IMG/VR virus record: IMGVR_UViG_3300037042_007115 | DNA: 64,000 nt | Source of the DNA: a virus | Lineage: Duplodnaviria > Heunggongvirae > Uroviricota > Caudoviricetes | Direction: 5' to 3' (one strand) | Shown here: positions 9,477 through 18,090 of the stretch, one piece after another | Numbering within the stretch: the first letter of the stretch is position 1 | How the letters are laid out: each line of letters starts with the position of its first letter | Translations under genes and position numbers: made by a program | Notes under the pieces: generated by a model | Database searches by the model: none | The model's input: the letters and a program-made list of their open reading frames with translations, nothing else | Told to the model about the DNA's origin: nothing

Positions 9477-10026
9477 ACCCCCACAAAAAGAATACATTGA
9501 GATTAAAAAAGATGATCTAATTGAGTTTATTAAATCCGTTGGTTTTAAGATTGAAGAACAAATCTCTGTAAATACTGGACAGCACACTTTAGAAGTAAGT
9601 GGATATCCAAACACAGGAGATATATTTTTATTTGATTATACCCGTTCCCGTTCCCACCCCGCCACCCCCCTTGCACTACAGAAAAATGAAAAGGTAATCA
9701 AAAATGCCAAACTCCGTATTCGTCAATTATTCCTTGATGATAGCAAATGCGAACTCTGTGAAAAGGTTACGGAAGAGGATGGTTATGATGGGAATAATGA
9801 AGGGTGTGAAAAAGGACTATGCATAGAATGTGCAATCCACAAATCGTTGGTAGAGTTATCAGCCACCATCCGCAACGCCACGCTGGATTTACTTAAACCC
9901 GCACTTCTGTGTTTTTGCCCTCACAATTATGGATACACCGGTAGATGTCTCAATGATAAGTTGCATTGCGACGAGTGCATAAAATTATGGGTGGAAGAAT
10001 CCCTCCGCACCAAGGAGCAACCATGA
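9472..10026 (+). CDS. Cys-rich protein ending ...RTKEQP
   Basis: 184 aa. CELCE, CEKGLCIEC, CFCPHNYGYTGRC and CDEC clusters. The 3' end lies inside the second copy of the 23-bp repeat. Confidence 0.45.
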   Translation: MTPPQKEYIEIKKDDLIEFIKSVGFKIEEQISVNTGQHTLEVSGYPNTGDIFLFDYTRSRSHPATPLALQKNEKVIKNAKLRIRQLFLDDSKCELCEKVTEEDGYDGNNEGCEKGLCIECAIHKSLVELSATIRNATLDLLKPALLCFCPHNYGYTGRCLNDKLHCDECIKLWVEESLRTKEQP

Positions 10027-10027
10027 C
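10005..10027 (+). repeat. 23-bp direct repeat CCGCACCAAGGAGCAACCATGAC, copy 2
   Basis: Exact second copy with the same coding arrangement. Confidence 0.6.
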
Positions 10028-10153
10028 TACTAAAATACGATTTGAAGTATTAATGGCAGTTAAAGATGGTAAGGACTTTAATAAAGTGTGTACTAAAGCA
10101 GAGGAACGACTTAAGAAAGTGGTTGGTGTAAAAGAAGTCACACTACTTGTTGC

Positions 10154-10453
10154 GTGGGGGAATGTCTGATGACTGACCAGAAGCCCAACTGCTCTGATTG
10201 CACAAACGACGACTGCCCGATTCACCCAAACGGATTACCATTTCCAGAGGAAGTACGGTATGAAATCAACGTCATACAAGAACACACAAAAGAGATGGGT
10301 TGCCTCTCTAATCCCGGTGCAAGGGAATGGTTGATGAAAGATGTGATCGAGGAACTGGAACGCCGGGGGAATGGGCATCCAACATCTAGTTATATCGAAG
10401 GGTTATTTGACGGATATGACGAGGCAATTCCCTTGATAAGAGGTGAGAAATGA
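10154..10453 (+). CDS. Cys-containing small protein (CSDCTNDDCP)
   Basis: 99-aa ORF. Confidence 0.4.
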   Translation: MGECLMTDQKPNCSDCTNDDCPIHPNGLPFPEEVRYEINVIQEHTKEMGCLSNPGAREWLMKDVIEELERRGNGHPTSSYIEGLFDGYDEAIPLIRGEK

Positions 10454-10704
10454 GCGCATTTAAAAAATGGGTCTACTGGCACCGCGTTATATGGGCTGAC
10501 AATGATAGTGAAAAAGGCGCGGAATTAAAACTCAGCTCTTTACTGGGATTAAACGGGAAAACTCCATCATGTGCTCGCATGGTCACAGATGACGTGAAGA
10601 AATCTATTGAACTCAAAGACTATGTTAAACTCCAGTATCTTGGCCGGCTGCTGCGTACTGCAACCGCTGAAGAGGTTGTTGCAGCATTCCCAAAGGAGAA
10701 ATGA
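10450..10704 (+). CDS. hypothetical protein
   Basis: 84-aa ORF; ATGA overlap. Confidence 0.4.
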   Translation: MSAFKKWVYWHRVIWADNDSEKGAELKLSSLLGLNGKTPSCARMVTDDVKKSIELKDYVKLQYLGRLLRTATAEEVVAAFPKEK

Positions 10705-10740
10705 TCTTGCAGATTATCCCCTCAATAACACGAATGGTAC

Positions 10741-11011
10741 AATGCCCCGAAAAATCAGAGAGCGTGAAAAAATGACAAAACACGGAGCAGACACAGTAGA
10801 ACAAGATTTTATACCACCAACTGCAGAAGAGAATAGGCTGGCACTACGCATACCAGAATATACTATCAATGAGTTGATAACGAAACTTTCAAGCCAATAT
10901 TCTGTCCGTGTGCTCACAGTGGATAAAAACGAGCCATATGTTATTGCCAGCAAAGAAAACCACTGTATTTTCGGAGAGGGGGCAGTAAAAATATTGGTGG
11001 TGAAAGAATGA
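10741..11011 (+). CDS. hypothetical protein
   Basis: Track ORF is 10607..11011. An in-frame ATG at 10741 is chosen to avoid a ~100-nt overlap. Confidence 0.35.
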
Positions 11012-11193
11012 GACTTTTTTCTACATATCTTTGCCGATACTGTAAAAAATACCTTCAATCGAGAGGTTGCGCCTACGAACTCAAATATGAAGAAACTGGA
11101 TTATGCGAAGGGTTTGAACAGAAGTTGGTGGGTGTTAAGATGCCAAAAGAAAAACCATATGACAAATCTACATGGTTGGGTGAGAAGGAATGA
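11008..11193 (+). CDS. Cys-containing small protein
   Basis: 61-aa ORF with CRYCKK. Confidence 0.35.
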   Translation: MRLFSTYLCRYCKKYLQSRGCAYELKYEETGLCEGFEQKLVGVKMPKEKPYDKSTWLGEKE

Positions 11194-11448
11194 TAACACG
11201 ACAAGGAGTATGCCCCATTGCGGCACAAAATCTATTGGAGCAAACCACCTTGTGTCCGGTATGCTGTCTGCGAGAAGTTAAGATGGACGGGGTGAAAGAA
11301 TGAACTTTGAACCAATTTACGCTGAGTGTAAAAAGGTTAAATTAACCTGGGAAACATGCAATGAAAAATACTGCTGTGATGAAGGAGAAGAATGTTGGTT
11401 CGCCTCCAAAGATTACTATAATGACTGCGGAAAAGGGAGTGTGAAGAA

Positions 11449-11700
11449 ATGACTTATAATGCAAGTGATCCTTTAGTTTATGAAAGAATACGGGGAGATA
11501 TGCAAGAAATTCGTGAAATTGCCGATTATATAAAGGCGGCTACAATTCAGGCAGAAAATCTATTACTTTCCTCAAAGATTGACTCTTATGAGTGGGAACG
11601 GCAGATGGGTAAGATCCACACTGCACGAAAAAGAATACGGTGGATAATCTGTGATAAACGTGGAAGATTTGATGAGAACAAATGGTTGGTGTTACTATGA
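11449..11700 (+). CDS. hypothetical protein
   Basis: 83-aa ORF. Confidence 0.4.
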   Translation: MTYNASDPLVYERIRGDMQEIREIADYIKAATIQAENLLLSSKIDSYEWERQMGKIHTARKRIRWIICDKRGRFDENKWLVLL

Positions 11701-11954
11701 GTAATTGTGATAAATGTGGTAAAGAGGTGGGTAATTTGTTTTGCGGGCATTGCAGGGCAGAAATACAGAACCGACATAATTTGGTTCCATTGCTATATTA
11801 TGACAAACTATCAAAGGGGTATCGTGCAGGATGTTCTTGTATCGAGTGTCCTAGCAATGAAAATCGAGTTTGTATAGCTGTAAATATGAGTATTGAACAA
11901 ATTGCATTTCATGAATATGATGGTGACAATTGTATTCGTCAAGTGTGTGGATGA
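11697..11954 (+). CDS. zinc-ribbon protein (CDKCGK...CGHC)
   Basis: Track ORF is 11682..11954. Start is set at the ATG at 11697, which overlaps the upstream stop. Confidence 0.4.
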   Translation: MSNCDKCGKEVGNLFCGHCRAEIQNRHNLVPLLYYDKLSKGYRAGCSCIECPSNENRVCIAVNMSIEQIAFHEYDGDNCIRQVCG

Positions 11955-11989
11955 TGCACCGAAACTATCACTTTAACACTACTTTAGTG

Positions 11990-12028
11990 AGCTTTATAAG
12001 GTTTAGCGCAGCATTGTAGAGTATAACA
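11990..12028 (+). promoter_or_regulatory. promoter-family copy C (AGCTTTATAAGGTTTAGCGCAGCATTGTAGAGTATAACA)
   Basis: Near-identical to copies D and E over about 35 nt. Confidence 0.55.
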
Positions 12029-12039
12029 GGTGAAACTCT

Positions 12040-12594
12040 ATGGCGGACATAACCTTTCAAGAGCAGTCCCTATCCCGGTTGAAAAAACTTAAGGCATTGG
12101 CCGAAAGGGGAGTAGGCGGAGAGAAAGAGAATGCACAGATGCTCCTTGAGCGGCTTTGTGACAAATACCAAATCTCACCAGATCAGGTTGAATCTTCAGA
12201 TGAGAAGAAACTGCGTTGGTTCCGCTATAGGAAGGGACCAGCTCTTAGGAAGCTTCTTGCGCAATGCATATTTAAAACTCTTGGGAAGGATAGTAAAACA
12301 TTTGGACATGCACATACCAGAGCTAGGGAGTTTGCTGCAGAGTGTACAGCAGCGGAAGGAATAGAAATAGAGCTGGACTATGATTTCTATGCTGATGCTT
12401 TACAGAAAGAGATGACTAGAATGTTAGAGATGTTCATCCAGAAAAATAGCATCTTTCCACCTAACGTAGATTTAGACAGCAGTGGGAAAGAGATTTCAGA
12501 AGAGGATATGCTCCTATACCGGAGTATCAAGAAGCAGACTCGGGTATTACGGATTGGTAACTCCCCGGAGGAAGTTATAGAGGAGAGAGAATAA
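12040..12594 (+). CDS. DUF2786-like protein (behind promoter-family copy C)
   Basis: N-terminal LKKLKALAERGVGGEKENAQMLLERL resembles the DUF2786 signature (LxKLLALAExxxxExEAxxAxxKAxxL), common in phage and plasmid proteins. Confidence 0.5.
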   Translation: MADITFQEQSLSRLKKLKALAERGVGGEKENAQMLLERLCDKYQISPDQVESSDEKKLRWFRYRKGPALRKLLAQCIFKTLGKDSKTFGHAHTRAREFAAECTAAEGIEIELDYDFYADALQKEMTRMLEMFIQKNSIFPPNVDLDSSGKEISEEDMLLYRSIKKQTRVLRIGNSPEEVIEERE

Positions 12595-12783
12595 TGGGCC
12601 AGCAAGAAGCCATAGATGCATTACGTGAAAAGCGTGATGAATGCGACAGAGAAATTAGTCATGAGATGGATGAAAACTTCCAGAAAAGCTGGAAGGATAA
12701 GAAAGAAGCATATCAGTACGCTCTTAAAGTGCTAGGGGCTATTTGATACACTGGCCAAATCTTGGCCTTATTCTCTTTTAGTA

Positions 12784-12821
12784 AGCTTTATAAGGTTTAA
12801 CGCAGCATAGTTGTATGTAAC
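12784..12821 (+). promoter_or_regulatory. promoter-family copy D (AGCTTTATAAGGTTTAACGCAGCATAGTTGTATGTAAC)
   Basis: Identical to copy E over 38 nt. The ATG follows directly. Confidence 0.55.
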
Positions 12822-13133
12822 ATGACGTACTCAGAGAATGGAAGAGATCAGTGGGACCAGGCAAGCTTACTTGCTCGTAAGAATTCAGAGCAGTTAGTTT
12901 CCCTTAGGGGCCGCTGGGAAGATGAGCAGGAATATGAAAACTTTGATGAATACATCAAGGTTATTACAGCCCTGTTTCCGGGCTTTGAACTTTTTGCCTT
13001 CAAGAAGTCGAAGTTTAGCTTTAAGATCAAGATGCCAAGGCCGGTCCCGGATATGATTGTTCGGGTAGGTTTGACTCAAGTTACTTGGAAAATGGACATT
13101 ACCAAGGAACAGCGAGCTAGCATCAAGAAATAA
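12822..13133 (+). CDS. hypothetical protein (behind promoter-family copy D, near-leaderless)
   Basis: 103 aa. The ATG directly abuts the conserved ...GTATGTAAC element with no Shine-Dalgarno sequence. Confidence 0.45.
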   Translation: MTYSENGRDQWDQASLLARKNSEQLVSLRGRWEDEQEYENFDEYIKVITALFPGFELFAFKKSKFSFKIKMPRPVPDMIVRVGLTQVTWKMDITKEQRASIKK

Positions 13134-13155
13134 CTCAATCCCTCTTCTTTTAACT

Positions 13156-13194
13156 AGCTTTATAAGGTTTAACGCAGCATAGTTGTATGTAACA
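13156..13194 (+). promoter_or_regulatory. promoter-family copy E (AGCTTTATAAGGTTTAACGCAGCATAGTTGTATGTAACA)
   Basis: Identical to copy D. Followed by AGGTG and an ATG. Confidence 0.55.
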
Positions 13195-13204
13195 AGGTGT
13201 TGAA

Positions 13205-13327
13205 ATGACCGAGGACAGTATGAAAGTTTGGAACCTATGTTGGAACGAGCCCCCAGTAGGGCTGGCGATATACATAACCTGTATGGTCTTGATTGTAACG
13301 GGTTTAACTTTTTGTGGGGTCATTTAA
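13205..13327 (+). CDS. 40-aa hydrophobic peptide (behind promoter-family copy E)
   Basis: ATG 11 nt after AAGGTG. The peptide is MTEDSMKVWNLCWNEPPVGLAIYITCMVLIVTGLTFCGVI. It is not in the ORF track (under 60 aa). Confidence 0.35.
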   Translation: MTEDSMKVWNLCWNEPPVGLAIYITCMVLIVTGLTFCGVI

Positions 13328-13329
13328 TT

Positions 13330-14295
13330 ATGACTGAGGACAACCAAACCCCCGAAGTAGTTCAGGTATTAACCCCTGAGCAGCTTGAGCAGGAAAAGAA
13401 AGACTTGCTCAGCAAGTATTGCCACCTGAATTCCAGGATGACCTATCCAGATGCAGAGGATATTCTCAAGGCGCAGGGTATCGACTACATCCGGAAGCGT
13501 ATCAAGAAGTTGGAAAAACGCCAGGCAAAGCCTAAGGTGCCTAAGGACCTCTCAATCCTTATCAAGGGGATTGCCACAGCCTACTACTTGAATGACCAGC
13601 CGGATATGCTTGATTTCATTATGAAGGACCTGCAGTACCTCGGATTCACCGACATTACCTGTGCTCCCAAGAAAGAGGGCGACTATATATTCGAGCATAT
13701 CATCACCTTCTCAGGCCGGCACTCAGACCCCGACATCCAGGCTGTCTTCGCAAAGACTCCCCGGACAGATGTACTGTACCAGTACAAACTCGCCTATGGT
13801 AAACTGCTCAGCATACCTTTCGGCTCTACCGGTCAGAAAGAAGCAGACTGCAAGAATATCCAGGGGATCAGCAACCTGGCCTACAAGATCTCCGGCAATG
13901 GCTCAAAGGACCATCCAACCTATCTCCAGAAGACTCTCGGAATTACCGAGGCAAAAGACCATGTTCGGGATACCTACCACTGGACACCCATCTGGGAAGC
14001 AGAAGATGTAGCCATCCAGCAGGCACAGCGGGAGGCAGATGAGCTTAAAGAAGCAAAGCGGGTACAGCAAAGCCGGGCAACAGAGGAACTTGACCGAGCA
14101 GCAGCAGCCATTATCTCATACCTAAGCAAAGCTCAAAGGTATTATGATGAGTTCAATGAAGAGATGCCAGTACAGAAAGGTCACTCAGGCGGATATTCAG
14201 TTGGGGTACCTATGCTCACACTTACCTCCACTGGGACGGTTCTGCCAACTCTTGCCTTGACTCTCAACGGCCAAGAATGTATCCCAGAAGAATAA
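13330..14295 (+). CDS. hypothetical protein (about 321 aa)
   Basis: Track ORF is 13228..14295. Start is moved to the ATG at 13330, immediately after the stop of the 40-aa peptide. It also begins MTED. No recognisable domain. Confidence 0.45.
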   Translation: MTEDNQTPEVVQVLTPEQLEQEKKDLLSKYCHLNSRMTYPDAEDILKAQGIDYIRKRIKKLEKRQAKPKVPKDLSILIKGIATAYYLNDQPDMLDFIMKDLQYLGFTDITCAPKKEGDYIFEHIITFSGRHSDPDIQAVFAKTPRTDVLYQYKLAYGKLLSIPFGSTGQKEADCKNIQGISNLAYKISGNGSKDHPTYLQKTLGITEAKDHVRDTYHWTPIWEAEDVAIQQAQREADELKEAKRVQQSRATEELDRAAAAIISYLSKAQRYYDEFNEEMPVQKGHSGGYSVGVPMLTLTSTGTVLPTLALTLNGQECIPEE

Positions 14296-14598
14296 CTTTT
14301 TTCTTTCATTTATTTAGACTACCGTTTTTAGACCCCCTAAACTCCGCCTATGGGTTTAGGCCTTGTGTGGGTATCTTTTTCCCAATAAGGGGCATCTACG
14401 CACTTCAGCTGGTAGGTAAAGCTCAACCCAAAGATGAAACGGGACGTTTTAAAACTTTCATGGGATTTTGCTCTTGTGCCGCTAGTCTGACCTATTCAAA
14501 AACAGTGAGTTCCGGTTATAATATATAACGGAGAAATTCTCTCTCAGGATGCAAGTCTTTACTCGGAGGGTGCAAGTGTGTCCGTGGGGTATTGGTCC

Positions 14599-14647
14599 CC
14601 GTTTGGGTGGATAACAGGAACGATTGATACCGTTCTCCACCAAACGG
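14599..14647. terminator. long imperfect hairpin at the convergent junction of the + and - transcription blocks
   Basis: CCGTTTGGGTGGA...GGAACG-attgatac-CGTTC...TCCACCAAACGG, with T-rich tracts on both sides. Candidate bidirectional terminator. Confidence 0.35.
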
Positions 14648-14693
14648 AGAAAGCTCAAAAAAAGCTAAGGAAAAAGCTATCGCTCTTTCAATT

Positions 14694-14891
14694 TTAAAGG
14701 TCTGGTTTTTCTTGGGTAAATTTTTCTTCTTTGCGGGGTTTGGCTCCGCTTTTGTTTTTGGGGAAAGTAAAGCAGAGGAAAATCAGCGCCATTATAGCCC
14801 AAGGGATACTTAGCCACCAAGTCCATCTTGCGTATAGAACTGCATTAAAGACATAGAGAAATACTAAGCCAAGTATCTGATAGTCTATCAT
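14694..14891 (-). CDS. small membrane protein
   Basis: 65 aa, two hydrophobic helices. Confidence 0.3.
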   Translation of the reverse strand: MIDYQILGLVFLYVFNAVLYARWTWWLSIPWAIMALIFLCFTFPKNKSGAKPRKEEKFTQEKPDL

Positions 14892-14903
14892 ATTTTGGGT
14901 ACC

Positions 14904-15698
14904 TCAACCAAGTTGATCCCACTTTGACTTTTGGGGCGGCATTTCTTCGACTTTAACCACAGCCTCTGCGCTGGGCTCCTGATCATGGGGGATTTCAGCG
15001 ATATACTCTAAGTGGTCTTGTATAGCTGATTTGAATTGTTCTTCTTTTAGCTCTGATATTTCTATCTTCTTATTCTTAGTAGGTTTGGTTCTACGATTTG
15101 ATTCTTTTATTTCCTCGATGTTGCTATCACGGCTAAAGAAAATTATAAAGGCATTATATACAAGGATACTTGCTATTGCAAAGGTTCCCCACCCGCCCAA
15201 ACTGGGGAGCCATCCAAAGTATGCTCCTAACCAGTAGAGTAGAACTGAGAGCATTAAGGCAGTATTCATTCTTATTCCTATGGCCCAGAGCATTAAAATT
15301 AAAAATATGGGGACCATCATTGGAACCGCAGCAGAAGTTATAATGGGGGGCGATATTGGATATTCCGGAAAATGAATTATGCTAGACTCTGCTTGTAGGT
15401 GTGGTAAGGCTTCCGGTATAGTGGGTATTACTACTGCAGATTCAGTAGTATAATTATTAATTACTATTCCTTCACCGCCTCCGCCTCCGGGATAATACCC
15501 ACTAGCACCGCTACCCCCACCCCCAGCAACAAGAACTACTTGTGTAATCCTCGCAGAAGAGGTATTCCACATTACTACTGTCCTTGAATCATTAGAGGTA
15601 GTCCATTGGGTTTCTCCTAATACCGGAATAATCAGTAAGCTTAGACACAATATGATTACAGATACAACTATTTTTAGCTTCATTATAAGGACTCCCAA
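14904..15698 (-). CDS. secreted/membrane protein with Gly-rich ectodomain
   Basis: N-terminal signal or TM segment, VAGGGGSGASGYYPGGGGGEG, several TM helices, then a charged cytoplasmic tail. Confidence 0.5.
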   Translation of the reverse strand: MGVLIMKLKIVVSVIILCLSLLIIPVLGETQWTTSNDSRTVVMWNTSSARITQVVLVAGGGGSGASGYYPGGGGGEGIVINNYTTESAVVIPTIPEALPHLQAESSIIHFPEYPISPPIITSAAVPMMVPIFLILMLWAIGIRMNTALMLSVLLYWLGAYFGWLPSLGGWGTFAIASILVYNAFIIFFSRDSNIEEIKESNRRTKPTKNKKIEISELKEEQFKSAIQDHLEYIAEIPHDQEPSAEAVVKVEEMPPQKSKWDQLG

Positions 15699-16171
15699 CG
15701 ACTTTTATATTCTTTTTCTTCTGCTTTGGTAGGGTCAGATTTTTTACCCATAGCAATTTGTACATCTTCTGGGGGATTAAAAGTTTTACATTTTAATGAT
15801 TCTAGTTTTGTGTACCTAGACTTAGTTTCCGGTGGTATATTTGTATAGTGTTCGAAGCCCGACACTATATTTAACTCTCTGGTTGCAATCCGCCTCTCAT
15901 TTTTTCGTTGATTAAGTAGGGATTCTTGTTCATTAGGAATACAACTAGCAATTTTAACTAAGACTGCCATACCAGAAAGGATAAACACTGTTGGTAATAC
16001 TAGAAGCATAAGATTTACAATGGTTTGGATCAGGGGGTAACCCCCAAAAACTATTAAATTTTTTCCAAAGAAAATAGTGGTTATATAAGGTAATACTGTT
16101 ACTACTAATAATGACCAGAGTAGGCCTATTCCAAATAATAAACTATAAGCAGCTAGGCGTTCAAATCGCAT
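15683..16171 (-). CDS. membrane protein
   Basis: 162 aa with four hydrophobic helices; overlaps the downstream gene by 16 nt. Confidence 0.45.
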   Translation of the reverse strand: MRFERLAAYSLLFGIGLLWSLLVVTVLPYITTIFFGKNLIVFGGYPLIQTIVNLMLLVLPTVFILSGMAVLVKIASCIPNEQESLLNQRKNERRIATRELNIVSGFEHYTNIPPETKSRYTKLESLKCKTFNPPEDVQIAMGKKSDPTKAEEKEYKSRWESL

Positions 16172-16376
16172 AATTACTCTCCAGGGGTAATTTTAACATT
16201 ATTTGTCTTTTACAAGACTTATTCAAGTTAGGCCATAAGCAGTAAGTTTTTCTAATAGTGGGTGCCATCTATCCCTCCAATAATTTGATCTCTCAAACTC
16301 TATATCTAATTTGGGGTATTTAAGCTATTAAACCTAGCTCGAGTCACCTTTATAATATAATACGCGGTATACTTAT

Positions 16377-17027
16377 GTGATGACATCAGTTACCTACAAA
16401 AAAGCTGGTATTCACAATCTCGGGATAACCAAACTCATAAGTAATCCCGAACTCCTCTTCGTATACTTAGGGGTCCCCATGTCCCTAGTTTTTATTTATC
16501 TCCTCCCTACCAGTATAAAGACACAGTTCTTCACTCTTCACTTAGAGAGCCCCACTGCCTTCTCACTTCTGACCAGTGCTTTCAGCCATAACCTCTACTC
16601 ACACCTCTCCAATAACCTCGTTTACTATCTGATAGCTATTACTGCCATCCTTATTATGGAGACTAACATCAGGAGGTTTAGGTATGTAATGCTGTTATCA
16701 TTTACCTTAGTCCCGGTAATAACTTCAGCAGCCTCCTTTGTTTACTTCAGCGGCGGAGTATACACTCAGATGCTTGGGTTCTCATGCATAGGAACGGCGT
16801 TAATAGGTTATGTGGTTTATCTTATCGTAGAGAAAATGTACCAAGTAACACCAGTAGCACGCCCGCATGCCTTCTTACTTTGGATTAGTGCAGCAGCAAC
16901 AATCGTATTCTTTGTAGGACTCAGCTTAGGTGCAATATCCATCTATCAGGCCGGTCACCTTTCAAACGGAGTAGGGCACTTAGTAGGATACATGCTAGGT
17001 TTAATTCTAGCATATCTTTTTAGGTAA
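16377..17027 (+). CDS. rhomboid-family intramembrane serine protease
   Basis: Six or seven TM helices. FSHNLYSHLSNNL matches the GlpG H..H..N TM2 motif. LGFSCIGTALIG matches the G-x-S-G catalytic Ser motif. AGHLSNGVGHLVGYMLGL matches the TM6 catalytic His AHxxGxxxG. GTG start. A TATA-like TTTATAATATA sits ~25 nt upstream. Confidence 0.6.
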   Translation: MMTSVTYKKAGIHNLGITKLISNPELLFVYLGVPMSLVFIYLLPTSIKTQFFTLHLESPTAFSLLTSAFSHNLYSHLSNNLVYYLIAITAILIMETNIRRFRYVMLLSFTLVPVITSAASFVYFSGGVYTQMLGFSCIGTALIGYVVYLIVEKMYQVTPVARPHAFLLWISAAATIVFFVGLSLGAISIYQAGHLSNGVGHLVGYMLGLILAYLFR

Positions 17028-17037
17028 GTTAAAAAAG

Positions 17038-17283
17038 TTAACTTCTAAAGCGATGTGGCTGTAAGGCCTTTCCATCCTCATCATAGAAGTCATCATGGAT
17101 TAAGAACTCCCGGGGTGAGTGACCACTTTTTAGGAGATTCTTGTACTGCTTTTTAGTTAGGCTAAGATTTACTAACTGACCCAAGCAATTTTGACAAAGC
17201 TTGTAAGGCTTATCCGGGTTTTTGCTAGCATCACTTAATACCACCTGGTTCTCGTGATCTTTGCATGCTTGACAAAGTACCAT
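17038..17283 (-). CDS. zinc-ribbon protein (CQAC...CQNC)
   Basis: 81-aa ORF. Confidence 0.4.
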   Translation of the reverse strand: MVLCQACKDHENQVVLSDASKNPDKPYKLCQNCLGQLVNLSLTKKQYKNLLKSGHSPREFLIHDDFYDEDGKALQPHRFRS

Positions 17284-17588
17284 TAGTGCCTCATCTCTTT
17301 AGTCCAAACCATGAGTCGGTAGATAACTCCACCATTCTTACTATTTTTGTGTTTTACAATTTTAGTTTGGTAGCCTTTTCTTTCCCAGGTTAAAGCACGC
17401 TTTTCTAGTGCTGCTATAGTGATAGGCTGATGCTTACCATAGGCCTGCCAGAAGAGTTTATGTAGTTTTTTATCTTCTGCGGATACTGCGATTTCACCAG
17501 TATTTGCAAAGACCTTTTGTCCAAATTTAATGGCATATACCCCATCATCAAGAGTATCCTTCCCCATGCTTGCAGAAATATGTTCCAT
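17283..17588 (-). CDS. hypothetical protein
   Basis: 101-aa ORF. Confidence 0.4.
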   Translation of the reverse strand: MEHISASMGKDTLDDGVYAIKFGQKVFANTGEIAVSAEDKKLHKLFWQAYGKHQPITIAALEKRALTWERKGYQTKIVKHKNSKNGGVIYRLMVWTKEMRH

Positions 17589-17608
17589 GTAAACTCCAAA
17601 AAGAGAAG

Positions 17609-17800
17609 TTATTTCCGGGCCTTCTTAGGGGCACCGCGCCAGAGAACCTTGAAACCTTTTTCAGTTTTCTCTGTCTTTACTTCTTTCCAGCCTTGTTTCT
17701 TCAGCTGTGTTCTCACTGTCTCTGCTTGACCACGAGTATTAACATTCTCGTAGTAGTATTTTTCTCCGTCTTTGACGTATCTCCAAACCATTTGACTCAA
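17609..17800 (-). CDS. hypothetical basic small protein
   Basis: 63-aa ORF. Confidence 0.35.
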   Translation of the reverse strand: MSQMVWRYVKDGEKYYYENVNTRGQAETVRTQLKKQGWKEVKTEKTEKGFKVLWRGAPKKARK

Positions 17801-17853
17801 CTCCTAGCTAGGTGTCCAACAGAATTTTTTTCTGTTATCATCCACAGAGCTAT

Positions 17854-18090
17854 TTAATCCTCAATCCAAACTTCAGTGGGCCATTGCCGCGGCCATCGGG
17901 AAACCCTTACCCAGAACCCCACTGCGGTTTCCCCACTTGGGTAGTGAGCAAGGGTAATACGGTAGGCATCGGGGCCTATTCCCCATCCAGCCAAGTCCTT
18001 CTTGATATTTTCCATATTTCCCGGGGTAGAAGAAATATAGGATCTGTATGAGATCCCGCCCAACCTTTTTACATCTTTAGATACATACAT
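17854..18090 (-). CDS. hypothetical protein
   Basis: 78-aa ORF. Confidence 0.35.
   Translation of the reverse strand: MYVSKDVKRLGGISYRSYISSTPGNMENIKKDLAGWGIGPDAYRITLAHYPSGETAVGFWVRVSRWPRQWPTEVWIED

Noticed and set aside
13228-13329. Track start (13228) for the 355-aa ORF
   Set aside because: The first ATG after promoter copy E with a proper AAGGTG spacing is at 13205, in a different frame, giving a 40-aa peptide. The large ORF more plausibly starts at the ATG at 13330, right after that peptide's stop. An N-terminal extension from 13228 would lack any ribosome-binding site.
14277-14528. 83-aa + strand ORF in the convergent intergenic region
   Set aside because: It lies across the long hairpin and T-rich terminator-like region between the two transcription blocks. 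It has no ribosome-binding site and a Phe/Leu/Pro-rich translation. It is probably noncoding.
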